Positions 1 to 8,924 of a stretch of DNA of 34,631 nt are shown here, one piece after another. The stretch spans positions 1-34,631 of IMG/VR virus record IMGVR_UViG_3300009426_000626; one strand, given 5' to 3'. A program made the position numbers and the translations under genes. The DNA comes from a virus. Lineage: Duplodnaviria; Caudoviricetes. Below the pieces are notes generated by a model that was not told the origin of the DNA, searched no databases, and saw only the letters and a program-made list of their open reading frames with translations. Position 1 is the stretch's first letter, and every line of letters starts with the position of its first letter.

Positions 1-104
1 CCAGAAATCTCATAGTCATTTGACTTACAACAGTTTTTAATTCCGTCATAGGGGAATTTAATGTTAACATCTGTAAACATCTTGCTACACACATAACGTG
101 TCAT
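1..104 (-). CDS. 5' part of a probable further N-terminal-twitch radical SAM protein (runs off the window edge; not in the ORF track)
   Basis: ATG at 104-102 overlaps the stop of the QueC-like gene (TAATG). It reads MTRYVCSKMFTDVNIKFPYDGIKNCCKSNDYEIS with no stop before the edge. The C...CC pattern matches the N-termini of the neighbouring twitch-rSAM paralogs. Confidence 0.7.
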   Translation of the reverse strand, partial: MTRYVCSKMFTDVNIKFPYDGIKNCCKSNDYEIS

Positions 105-805
105 TAAAATTTACCAAATGCCCATTTACGTTCACGGCACCACCAACACGTTCCGCATGGTGAGTTTTCGAAGTCCGGATCAAAATCGACCCGCGGTATA
201 GCTTCACAACTACGAGTGAGTGGGAATAATTCATCAAGCACACCATAATGGTTATACATTGCCGCAACAAACCGTTTATCAACATTGACAAAAGGGGTAT
301 AGAAGTCATGTCCGGCGCCACTGTGATGCCTTTCTGTCACATCTGTTGCATCTCTAACAGGCAGCGCGCCGTCGGACATTTCGACCAATTCCCCCCTTGA
401 ATTTTCAACAGATGCAGCAACCTGAGGGTTTGCAGTAATTCCACTTATAATTAAGTCTACTCTTTTATCTGCAAATAACTGAAGCTCAACCTCATGAAAG
501 TATTTTACATCCTGCTTATCCCTATAATAAGAATAATGAATATCAACTGGATTGAAGTCTAATTTATCAATTGTATAGTTAATCACGTCTGCTGCCTTGC
601 GGACATTCCAACGATGCTTTAGATCGTTAGCACATGACATAATCGATACCTTTGTGTCAAGTCGATTGTTTGCTTTAAGGTATTCGCATACCATGTAAAA
701 CAGGATGGCGCTATCTGCACCACCACTTAGATTTACTCCAATTTTCTTAAATTTTGGATCAATATCAAAATCAATTGTTTGTCCAAAGTCGTCAGATAGT
801 TTCAT
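104..805 (-). CDS. QueC-like (7-cyano-7-deazaguanine synthase-like) PP-loop ATPase, divergent
   Basis: PP-loop LSGGADS, PF..vdK..v motif, and C-terminal Zn site TRSC-x16-CGTCWWC. Start moved to MKLSDD (ATG 805) with GAGGG upstream. Confidence 0.75.
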   Translation of the reverse strand: MKLSDDFGQTIDFDIDPKFKKIGVNLSGGADSAILFYMVCEYLKANNRLDTKVSIMSCANDLKHRWNVRKAADVINYTIDKLDFNPVDIHYSYYRDKQDVKYFHEVELQLFADKRVDLIISGITANPQVAASVENSRGELVEMSDGALPVRDATDVTERHHSGAGHDFYTPFVNVDKRFVAAMYNHYGVLDELFPLTRSCEAIPRVDFDPDFENSPCGTCWWCRERKWAFGKF

Positions 806-2060
806 TTCCGTTTCCCTCATCAAATTTGTAGACCAGTGTCTTTAGTGAGCCATTTGAAGTATTAACTTCTTTACGTTCCATAAATTCTGGCTGGATGCCT
901 GGTGCATGTCTCTTAAATATTTCTCTTGCTACATCATCCCTGCTGGCCTTAGGTGCGCAAAGACCACAGCCACAATGGCTTTTAGGGCAGCGAATATACG
1001 GCATGCTGCCTGTATTCATTTTTACTTCTAGGTCGTCACAGTATTCACTAAAATTACTGACATTACAAATAGGGCCAACTTCACCGTTGAGGTTGACCTG
1101 ACAGGTTTGGTGGTGCCAGATCTTGTCAATCTCTTGGTGAATGTAAAGGAAATACCAATTGATCATACAACTCCAACCCTTGAAGTTATTGTTTTGTACA
1201 AAGGTACTTGTCGTCCATTCATCGTCATCGTCATGCATCATATCCAATTTACGACCGCCACAACATGGACGACCAATCTTTTGTCCAACTTTTTTTTCTG
1301 GAGTTGCCATAGCCATAGCAGTACCTGGTGGACCTGCTAACTTCACTGGGTTGCTTGCGGCTATTGCTGGCTTTGCAGAGTCAACTTTCTTTGCGTCCCA
1401 ATAACGTTGCATCCAATCTAATTGTTCCTGCGTATAAGTGTGGACCGTTTTATCCTTTATCCCTTGTTTAATGTCACCCTGGTCACCAATCACTCTAGGT
1501 GTATATGCAACATCATTATAGTCACACCATTCTGCCAAGTCAACACATTCTGTAAAATAGTTTTCTTGCTCGTGGAACATGATGTTAATTTTAAAGCTGT
1601 AACCTTCTGCTTTCATTATTTCTAGATTCTTGCGGACGCGGTCTTTTTGTGCAGGCATACCTTCACAATGCCAGCTCACTGTCGTAAAGTTGGTGTTGGC
1701 CATTACAGTTCGTAGTTTGCGTTCGCTATAGAAGCCATTTGTCGTTAGTGTACGCTTCCAATGTGGATAGTGTTCCTGCAGGTATTCAAGGAACGGAAAG
1801 AACGCTGGGTTAACAGTTGGTTCGCCGCCTGTAAAGCTGGCTGCAACGCGAAACCGTTCGTTACGTTTAGCGTTGTAAATTTCACTGTAACGCTCAAGGT
1901 TGTCTGCTGTGGCAATTAATGATTCAAGGCTAGCTGTATCGCTCCAATTGTTTTTACGGTGGGGTGGGCAATAGCTACATGCAAATGTGCAGCGGCGGCC
2001 CAAGTCCCAAATTACCATAAGCTGTTTTTCTGTCTTATCGTCGATTGCACAAAGGCCCAT
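792..2060 (-). CDS. Radical SAM protein with C-terminal Cys-rich SPASM/twitch-like domain
   Basis: CTFACSYC, FTGGEP and TTNG motifs. C-terminal FKGWSC...C...CPKSHCGCGLC. Confidence 0.9.
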   Translation of the reverse strand: MGLCAIDDKTEKQLMVIWDLGRRCTFACSYCPPHRKNNWSDTASLESLIATADNLERYSEIYNAKRNERFRVAASFTGGEPTVNPAFFPFLEYLQEHYPHWKRTLTTNGFYSERKLRTVMANTNFTTVSWHCEGMPAQKDRVRKNLEIMKAEGYSFKINIMFHEQENYFTECVDLAEWCDYNDVAYTPRVIGDQGDIKQGIKDKTVHTYTQEQLDWMQRYWDAKKVDSAKPAIAASNPVKLAGPPGTAMAMATPEKKVGQKIGRPCCGGRKLDMMHDDDDEWTTSTFVQNNNFKGWSCMINWYFLYIHQEIDKIWHHQTCQVNLNGEVGPICNVSNFSEYCDDLEVKMNTGSMPYIRCPKSHCGCGLCAPKASRDDVAREIFKRHAPGIQPEFMERKEVNTSNGSLKTLVYKFDEGNGNETI

Positions 2061-3385
2061 TATTTAATTCCATACTGTTCTGCATATATATTCAAATGCG
2101 GGAATGTTTCAAAGAAGTCCCAATTTGGATATGTCTTTTTGTAAACGCTGTTTACATAATTTAATTTATTGAAAAAGAATTGCGCATCTTCAAGAGCGAT
2201 AGTTTCTTTAACTGAATTTGCAATATTATTTAGTAAACTCTTATTGTATCGCAAATTTGTGTTTTCTGAATCCAATGCTGAATAAATTTCATTTGCAATC
2301 TTCATTGGCTCTACAGTAAACTCCTTAGGCACATATTTAACTTGCATCCATTCAGGATCAAGTAATGTATTAAATTGAATTGACAAATGCTTTGAATTGG
2401 CGTAATTACTTCTTATTGCGTCATCAAGGTAATGCGCCATATGATCAATATACGGTAAATTTAATCCGCTCACTACTGTAAAACTATTTACCTGGTCAAC
2501 ATCTGAGTCAGGATGGATCCAATTTGAAAAGTTGCGTTTGATCTGTTCAAAGTCTGCGCCATGTCGTACTTGCGCGTACTCGCCTGCACCATCTTGACTT
2601 AGCATCATACTTACACGCCAACCAGCAGACTTGTATTTTGCAAACATTTTATAGAAGCGTTCATTCAATTTGTCTTTGCTTGTCCCATTGGTCGTGAACT
2701 CAATTGTTAATTGTTTGCCGTCTTTAATAGCCTGTCGTCCAGCTTCAATAAACATATCAGCATGGCCATACATTTCATTATGTAACGTTGGCTCGCCGCC
2801 TAAATATGCAATTGTTAAATGATAGATTTTAGCTTCATTTATGTGTTTTGTTGTAAATGCCAACATTGCGTCAATAAATGGTTGATGCATATTGTTCTTA
2901 CCATATTCTGAATCAGTAAGGAATGTTGCATAGTCTGGCCCATCATTGCCATGTGTGTCTTTGTCGTCATGCCAAATCTTGCGCAACGTATTAGAGTTTC
3001 CTAAGTGGCACATAAAGCAACCCAAATTGCATGTTGAGTTCATCCATAATTCAATACGACCCGGATATGCACTATCAAATCCTAAGTGATGATTGTTTGC
3101 TAGAGTGTTAAATCGCGGCCCTAAGTCTTGGCGCATACTTGTAAGTCCAGCATCTTCCTTCTTCCAACATTGAACACAATCTGGATGTCGATGATTTTTA
3201 AATAAGACTTTTTTCCGTTCAATGAGGCGGGGGTGCTTTTCAAAATAGTCACTGCCAAGCTGCGTAAATGTCTCCATATCAAATTTATAGCCACGAGCGT
3301 CACAACATGCAGAAAATTCACCAATTTCAGGTTGGAATTTGTATACTGCATAACTCATTGGGCAATGTAGCCAATCATTTAACAT
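2060..3385 (-). CDS. Radical SAM protein with N-terminal twitch domain (divergent)
   Basis: N-terminal C...ACC...CVQCW..E..G..SMR, then CNLGCFMC, YLGGEP and TTNG. ATG at 3385. Confidence 0.88.
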   Translation of the reverse strand: MLNDWLHCPMSYAVYKFQPEIGEFSACCDARGYKFDMETFTQLGSDYFEKHPRLIERKKVLFKNHRHPDCVQCWKKEDAGLTSMRQDLGPRFNTLANNHHLGFDSAYPGRIELWMNSTCNLGCFMCHLGNSNTLRKIWHDDKDTHGNDGPDYATFLTDSEYGKNNMHQPFIDAMLAFTTKHINEAKIYHLTIAYLGGEPTLHNEMYGHADMFIEAGRQAIKDGKQLTIEFTTNGTSKDKLNERFYKMFAKYKSAGWRVSMMLSQDGAGEYAQVRHGADFEQIKRNFSNWIHPDSDVDQVNSFTVVSGLNLPYIDHMAHYLDDAIRSNYANSKHLSIQFNTLLDPEWMQVKYVPKEFTVEPMKIANEIYSALDSENTNLRYNKSLLNNIANSVKETIALEDAQFFFNKLNYVNSVYKKTYPNWDFFETFPHLNIYAEQYGIK

Positions 3386-4811
3386 CAAAAATATCTTTCA
3401 TCTCAGGATATATTTCCTCAAACTTAAGGAAGCGAGTTTTATCAATTAATTCAATATACTCTTTCATTTCTGGCATCCGCACTGACCAGTCTTCAGACTT
3501 CATAAAGCTAACCATGCCGTGTAATCTGTCAACACCATAACTTGCTTCACGCCACTTGTCATAATCTACTTTGCCTTTGTGCCAACTTGGCACACCCTTT
3601 TCCCAATTCTCTTCCCACCATGGAATAAACTCTTCGTATTTGCGTTCAACTTCGTCTTTAAACCAAGCAGGCAATACTTTAACGTTGAGGTGAGCTGGAT
3701 GGTAAACAAAGTGGTAGTTAATTCCCCCTGCACCAAACGGCCACATGTTAATCTTCTTAAAGTTTTGCGTTAGCTTCCATTTGAGAAAGTCTGGAATGTA
3801 GTAGATGTTAAGCGCACTCACTGCACAAGCAACTGTTACTTCTACGTTATCAGATGTATCATTGTCTAGGATATGGAATACTTCCTCTGTCCGTTCCCAC
3901 TTGCTTGGGTATCTGATATACTCATTTCGTGACCCGATGTCATCCACACTATAATGGAAACGAACGAGTTTAAACTCCTTCCAAAGCTCGAATAAGTCAT
4001 CACGCCATTCCACACCGTTACTGTTATATCTGAGCTCAAGATTTTTGGCATGGCCTGTGCGGATAGCTTCCTCAAGTATTGTGTAATGTTCCTCAATTAT
4101 GAGACTTTCTCCGCCAGCGAAATAAAGCTGTTGCATGTGCGGTATTTGCTGATTAAATTGTTCCCAGAAGACAGGGTTGTTTTTGTGCCAATTGTAGCTT
4201 GATCCATTTGTACTTCCTTTGTCACGCCATTGAAAACTCTCAGCTAATGACTTATTTTTGATCTGAGGATGGATCTTTTTCCAATCCTTTATCCAACCTG
4301 AGCTGTCATGCGGTGAACACATTACACAAGCAAGCTGGCATTTGCTACCAAAACGTAAGTCAATATATTGTAGTTTTGGTGGCGTGCTACCATCTTCTTC
4401 TGTTTCTTCTAGCAATTGGGCAACGTCAACACGTTCACCCCAATAGCGAGTTTCCCACATGCGTTTACTGTTGTGACCTGCTGCTTCTTCCTTAAAGCAC
4501 TTTGCACAACTAGGTGGGACCTCATTGTTAAGCATCGTTGTGCGAATGTTTCGCATGTAGGTAGAATTCCAACTGGATTCAAAGTCACTTACGTTGAGAT
4601 TATTGGGCCGCCCCTGCTCGTCTTTGAGGACGCCAATGCTGCCACCATTGCTTTTGTCGTTAGTTGGTCCAACGCTACTGGCGTTAGCCGTACAGCATAC
4701 TCGCATTTGACCATCTGGGCGAGTGCTCAAGTGTATCCAAGGTAATATGCAGAAGGTGTCGCTTGGTGTTTTTTTATCGGTCAAAAATTTCTCCAAATTG
4801 GGGGACAACAT
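3375..4811 (-). CDS. Radical SAM protein with N-terminal twitch domain
   Basis: FCILPWIH...VCC...CAKC..E..G..SKR, then DLRFGSKCQLACVMC..SS, YFAGGE and YNSNG. Confidence 0.92.
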   Translation of the reverse strand: MLSPNLEKFLTDKKTPSDTFCILPWIHLSTRPDGQMRVCCTANASSVGPTNDKSNGGSIGVLKDEQGRPNNLNVSDFESSWNSTYMRNIRTTMLNNEVPPSCAKCFKEEAAGHNSKRMWETRYWGERVDVAQLLEETEEDGSTPPKLQYIDLRFGSKCQLACVMCSPHDSSGWIKDWKKIHPQIKNKSLAESFQWRDKGSTNGSSYNWHKNNPVFWEQFNQQIPHMQQLYFAGGESLIIEEHYTILEEAIRTGHAKNLELRYNSNGVEWRDDLFELWKEFKLVRFHYSVDDIGSRNEYIRYPSKWERTEEVFHILDNDTSDNVEVTVACAVSALNIYYIPDFLKWKLTQNFKKINMWPFGAGGINYHFVYHPAHLNVKVLPAWFKDEVERKYEEFIPWWEENWEKGVPSWHKGKVDYDKWREASYGVDRLHGMVSFMKSEDWSVRMPEMKEYIELIDKTRFLKFEEIYPEMKDIFDVK

Positions 4812-6084
4812 CAATAATATTTTGCTGGCGTGATTTGTCTAAGAATCGGGTAAAGGACACGAACTCACCAATATATTTAGTATGATCTTTAGCAGCCATA
4901 AAACGCTGTGTGCTGGACAGAATTTCTGCGGCATGCGCTTTGACATGTTCAGGCAATTCGCTGTCAGCGAATTTCGTATGCCATTCGTCGTAGCACTCTG
5001 CCACTTGCGCTTTCAAAGTCTCTGGCAATGCTTGTATACTCGTGCGATAAGGCTGATGTTGGACGTGTGTAGTTATAACCGGTTTCTTTTTAGATTTGTT
5101 AATATTGGGCAGTCCGTTATGTAACTTCCACCACATAAATTCTGGCAGATGAAACACATTATAGATTGTGATCGTCGCCGCAATCCAAGACGTGACATTG
5201 GGCGCTTTGCCACATAACTCATTGATGAGTCTTAGGTTATGCTCAATTTGTGACCATTTGCTTGGCCACCGTTGATATTCTTGCATTGCACCCATTCCGT
5301 CAATGCTTGCGCCAATACGAACTTCTTTAAAAGCTGGCCAAAACTCTTCTAGGATACGGGTTGGTAAGGTCGTCAAATTTGTATTATATTCTAGCACAAT
5401 GTCCTTGGCTTTGTCAAGCTCAATACATCTCTCTAAGAAATCATATTGGCGTGCAATAATAAGTGGTTCTCCACCTGCCATATAAACGTGTTCCATATTC
5501 ATGATCACGCCGTCTAGACTTTCCCAAAACTGGTCGCTATCGTGCCAATCGTAGTCAGCAGTAAACAATCTGCCCTTTTCATTGCGCGTTAGTTCAACAC
5601 GGCCTTGCGTGTCGTAAAATGCATCTTCGCCAAAAAACTCTGTCCACTCTTTATACCATTGGTGCGAATCGGTTGGTCCGCACATGCGACACGCTAAGTT
5701 ACACATATTGCCAAATCGTAAATCAAAGTAAACAGGTAATGTATAAACCCAGCCAAAATAGGAAGTCATTGCGCCAGCCTGTTCGCCTGACCATTTCCAC
5801 TGTGCCATTTCGTTTTCTCTACGCGAACGCACACCTGCTTCTTCTTCGCTCTTACAGCGTCCGCATTCGTCTGGCCATTCATCATTTAACATAGTTCGTC
5901 TGGTATTGCGCATTAATTCAGCGTTCCAAGCTTCTGACAGGTCATCGCGGCCTGCATTATATGCTTCGCCATTGTCTTTGCGCACAACACCTTGGTTCTT
6001 TGTAACGTTTGCTTGACAGCACAACCGAACATCGCCATTGTTACGCACTGCTTGAAACTTCCACGGAATAGGGCACATTGTCAT
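4774..6084 (-). CDS. Radical SAM protein with N-terminal twitch domain
   Basis: CPIPW...LCC...CGRC..E..G..SRR, then DLRFGNMCNLACRMC, MAGGEP and YNTN. Start MTMCP at 6084 (ATGA overlap, GGAGG RBS). Confidence 0.92.
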   Translation of the reverse strand: MTMCPIPWKFQAVRNNGDVRLCCQANVTKNQGVVRKDNGEAYNAGRDDLSEAWNAELMRNTRRTMLNDEWPDECGRCKSEEEAGVRSRRENEMAQWKWSGEQAGAMTSYFGWVYTLPVYFDLRFGNMCNLACRMCGPTDSHQWYKEWTEFFGEDAFYDTQGRVELTRNEKGRLFTADYDWHDSDQFWESLDGVIMNMEHVYMAGGEPLIIARQYDFLERCIELDKAKDIVLEYNTNLTTLPTRILEEFWPAFKEVRIGASIDGMGAMQEYQRWPSKWSQIEHNLRLINELCGKAPNVTSWIAATITIYNVFHLPEFMWWKLHNGLPNINKSKKKPVITTHVQHQPYRTSIQALPETLKAQVAECYDEWHTKFADSELPEHVKAHAAEILSSTQRFMAAKDHTKYIGEFVSFTRFLDKSRQQNIIDVVPQFGEIFDR

Positions 6085-6872
6085 AGCACAACCCTCCATG
6101 TGTCATTATCCAATCGCACAATTACTTTTCCATCTACCAATACCTCATTTCCAATTCGTTCAAACTGGCGTGGCGGATCTAAATCTTCTGGTTTATGATA
6201 CGTTAATTGTTTGCTATTATTGAGATAGTCTGTTATCACTTTTACATAGTAAGCATGTTGTTCAGTGTAATTAGATGTCGCTGCCTTGTTGAAAATACTT
6301 GACATATGAAAATTGTCTGTCATCCCCGTCGTAAAAGAAAGACGTTTGTCAGAAAAATCATACTCGATTGATTCAATTGGATCGCTTTTTACAGTTAATT
6401 GTGCGCCGTTTACAACTGTAATGACCGTTGGAATCTGGGGTGTATAAAGCCCAGTAAACATCATGCGTGTTTCTCCTGGATGAACAGGTGTTGCTCGATT
6501 CGGTAAACACAAAACAGAAATTGGATGCACAATCCCGCGCCCGCTTAGAATGTCATTGCGCATTTGGTCAAGCGCATTAAACTTACCCATACAAGACCGA
6601 TTCGCGTTAGGAGAATTACTTCTAAATCCGCCGTCTTCTAAATCGTTGTGGAGCCGTGTAAGAATAATTTTGTGTATGTATTCCTCAATTGTGTTTGCCC
6701 AATAGCGAAAGTCCCCATGTTGATCAGCAACAAAGTAATCCCATATTTCTTTAAAAGTGAGATAAGCAATGCGTGTAGTTGTGCCGTGCTCACAGTCGAA
6801 TTTATTTGTCAGTTCTAAAAAGTGTGCAGTGCTTTCAATTTCAATTATTGTACCTTGTTCTAATCGTGTCAT
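6081..6872 (-). CDS. Hypothetical protein, possible ParB/sulfiredoxin-like fold
   Basis: 263-aa ORF with ATGA overlaps at both ends. The segment DILSGRGIVHPISV...VHPGETRMMF loosely resembles the ParB/Srx core. Confidence 0.6.
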   Translation of the reverse strand: MTRLEQGTIIEIESTAHFLELTNKFDCEHGTTTRIAYLTFKEIWDYFVADQHGDFRYWANTIEEYIHKIILTRLHNDLEDGGFRSNSPNANRSCMGKFNALDQMRNDILSGRGIVHPISVLCLPNRATPVHPGETRMMFTGLYTPQIPTVITVVNGAQLTVKSDPIESIEYDFSDKRLSFTTGMTDNFHMSSIFNKAATSNYTEQHAYYVKVITDYLNNSKQLTYHKPEDLDPPRQFERIGNEVLVDGKVIVRLDNDTWRVVL

Positions 6873-7849
6873 GTATTCATTCCTAAATTTGTACCTTGTG
6901 GCTGTCCTAGCTTGTACTTCTTGTCATTTGTCCATACTAATACTTCAGGATCTTCATATAAGAAGTCGCATCCTTTACAATAATCAATCTTATCAAATTG
7001 CTCTGTGTCATGTAAGTGACGCAACTCATTGTATAGTTCACCATTCCATACTTCCTCAAACGTTTGTGTGTCTAGGTGTCCAAGAACACTTTTGCTTTCT
7101 GTTGGTGGCCCTAACACTTGGCAACAAGGTGTTACCGCAGCTCTGTGACCGTCTAGTCCGCCAGCTCGAACTGTAAGCTCGGCGCTAGCTGGACGTCCAC
7201 ATGTGCGCCGCTTGCTAGTGTCTCTTGTATACCCTGGAGTATAGTTGCCGCTCCAATTGTGCATCTTCCAAATATAGGCCTTAGTGCCTACATCGTTAAT
7301 GAAATTGTTTTGGTATTGTGCTATTTCATATTCGGCTTGTTCTGGGTCTAGTATTAAATGATAACTGTCAATACTTGTCTTTGCTTCTACAGACTCTTTA
7401 TATGCTTTAGCCTGCCGCGCATTGTCTTTAATTAATTCAAAGTTATCTTTGCTCATCCATTTGTTATACAATTCACTATTGTATCCAATTACCGAAAAGC
7501 GAATTAACGATAAGCCTGCGTCAATACAATCACGCATGTATTGGTCACGAAAGCGAGCGCCATTGCAATACATATAACTACGAAAGCCGCGACTTGTGCA
7601 AGCGGCAATATATTCCGGTAAGTCTGTTGCCATTGTAGGTTCGCCACTGCCTTCAAGGTTAATAACAGGACTGCCGTACGGCATTATTTGGTCTAGGATA
7701 TCTTCGAATTGCTTTAACGGCATCTTGCGCAGAAAGCTTGGTTCGCGTCCTGTGGATTGCGGACACATTTGACAAGTGTAATTGCAGCCACCAAATACTT
7801 CAATCACTACCCGTTGTAACTGTAAATTGTCAAGGCCTATGCTATTCAA
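6869..7849 (-). CDS. Radical SAM protein with C-terminal SPASM/twitch domain
   Basis: CNYTCQMC and GSGEP. C-terminal CGRP...PCC...LG.L...EEVWNG...CKGC. Probable TTG start at 7849 after GGAG; the ORF extends to 7870. Confidence 0.9.
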   Translation of the reverse strand: MNSIGLDNLQLQRVVIEVFGGCNYTCQMCPQSTGREPSFLRKMPLKQFEDILDQIMPYGSPVINLEGSGEPTMATDLPEYIAACTSRGFRSYMYCNGARFRDQYMRDCIDAGLSLIRFSVIGYNSELYNKWMSKDNFELIKDNARQAKAYKESVEAKTSIDSYHLILDPEQAEYEIAQYQNNFINDVGTKAYIWKMHNWSGNYTPGYTRDTSKRRTCGRPASAELTVRAGGLDGHRAAVTPCCQVLGPPTESKSVLGHLDTQTFEEVWNGELYNELRHLHDTEQFDKIDYCKGCDFLYEDPEVLVWTNDKKYKLGQPQGTNLGMNT

Positions 7850-8924
7850 ATTGTGCTCCAAACGGATCAAATTCTGCGCCGCACTTCATAGCGCATACCC
7901 CCAATTTACCGTTACTGATACTTGTTTTGTCCCAGCTTTCTTCAATACCTTTTAACAATTGACCAGCCATTACGTCTTTTAAGCCATGTTCAATTACACT
8001 AATACCTTCTTTGCCACCGGCCGCATCAATGTGATCCCATATTTGTTCTACGCGATAATCTTTGTGCCACCACTTATACATGCGGCCAGCAGTCCAACAG
8101 CAAGGCATTAATAGTCCTTCTGCTGTAATGAAGATGCTTCGTTCTTTGGCTACTTTGCAACTAACTGCGCAACTGTCGTAATATTCACGCATACTGCCAT
8201 AAGTCTTTTCAATTTCCTTTTGCTTTGATAGCGCAAGGTTTTGATTCTCTGGCTTCTTAGGCTTTTGTATTAGTTGTGTCTCTTCGCCTTTGCGATTTTG
8301 TGCTTGGTGTTTGTCTTTTGATTGACTGTTGGCATTAAAGAAACGCCCTGACTTTTTGAGTTGGAAACGCTCTACACCCCATTCTTCAGCAAGCTGTTTT
8401 GCTTCATCAATTTGGTGTTCGTTGTGGCCAAACACAATAAAGTCCCAGCGGGCACGCCCGCCCGCTTCGATGAATGCCCGCATATTGCGCTCGACTTTGT
8501 CCCATCTGACATTCTGTCTATATAGGTGATTAGTATCAGCGAGGCCATCAACGCTGAAAATAATAGCGCCCATACGACCGGTAACTCCTGCAAGCTCTTT
8601 CCACCAATTCTCATCTTTTGCCCCCGCATTTGTATTCATACTCAACCACATCTTAGGGTTGTGAGTTCTAAAATATTTAAAAACTTCGAGGGTATCTCTG
8701 GCGACAATTGGATCGCCTAAATTACCACACATATACATGGTATCTAATTGCCGAATAAATTCGGGCTCAAAGATCTGTTTACATTGTTCCAGGCTGAGCT
8801 CTGAGTTGTCTATATGTCTGTTGTCGGGTCCGCCGTTCTCATTGCGGTCACACATTGGACACGCTGCCTGACAGCGCTGTGTAATCTCTAAATGAACCGT
8901 TCGGATATCCTCGAAGTTATACAT
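7842..8924 (-). CDS. Radical SAM protein with C-terminal twitch-like domain
   Basis: HLEITQRCQAACPMC, CGNLGDP, NTN and FSVDG. C-terminal C...IFITAEG..MPCCW...CAMKCG. Confidence 0.9.
   Translation of the reverse strand: MYNFEDIRTVHLEITQRCQAACPMCDRNENGGPDNRHIDNSELSLEQCKQIFEPEFIRQLDTMYMCGNLGDPIVARDTLEVFKYFRTHNPKMWLSMNTNAGAKDENWWKELAGVTGRMGAIIFSVDGLADTNHLYRQNVRWDKVERNMRAFIEAGGRARWDFIVFGHNEHQIDEAKQLAEEWGVERFQLKKSGRFFNANSQSKDKHQAQNRKGEETQLIQKPKKPENQNLALSKQKEIEKTYGSMREYYDSCAVSCKVAKERSIFITAEGLLMPCCWTAGRMYKWWHKDYRVEQIWDHIDAAGGKEGISVIEHGLKDVMAGQLLKGIEESWDKTSISNGKLGVCAMKCGAEFDPFGAQFE

Noticed and set aside
85-321. Short alternative-frame minus-strand ORFs (also 3121..3351, 3866..4096, 8372..8629, 19517..19843, 20350..20574)
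   Set aside because: They lie within or almost wholly overlap longer motif-bearing genes, and I found no independent support.
104-2060. Canonical 7-deazaguanine DNA modification pathway (queC plus queE)
   Set aside because: No folE, queD or dpdA in the window. The adjacent rSAM has a Cys-rich auxiliary domain that QueE lacks. It cannot be excluded for the rest of the genome.
4872-4882. Intragenic ACTAAATA-like matches (also near 2226-2235)
   Set aside because: They lie inside coding sequence and lack the full ACTAAATACT; such matches are expected by chance in AT-rich DNA.
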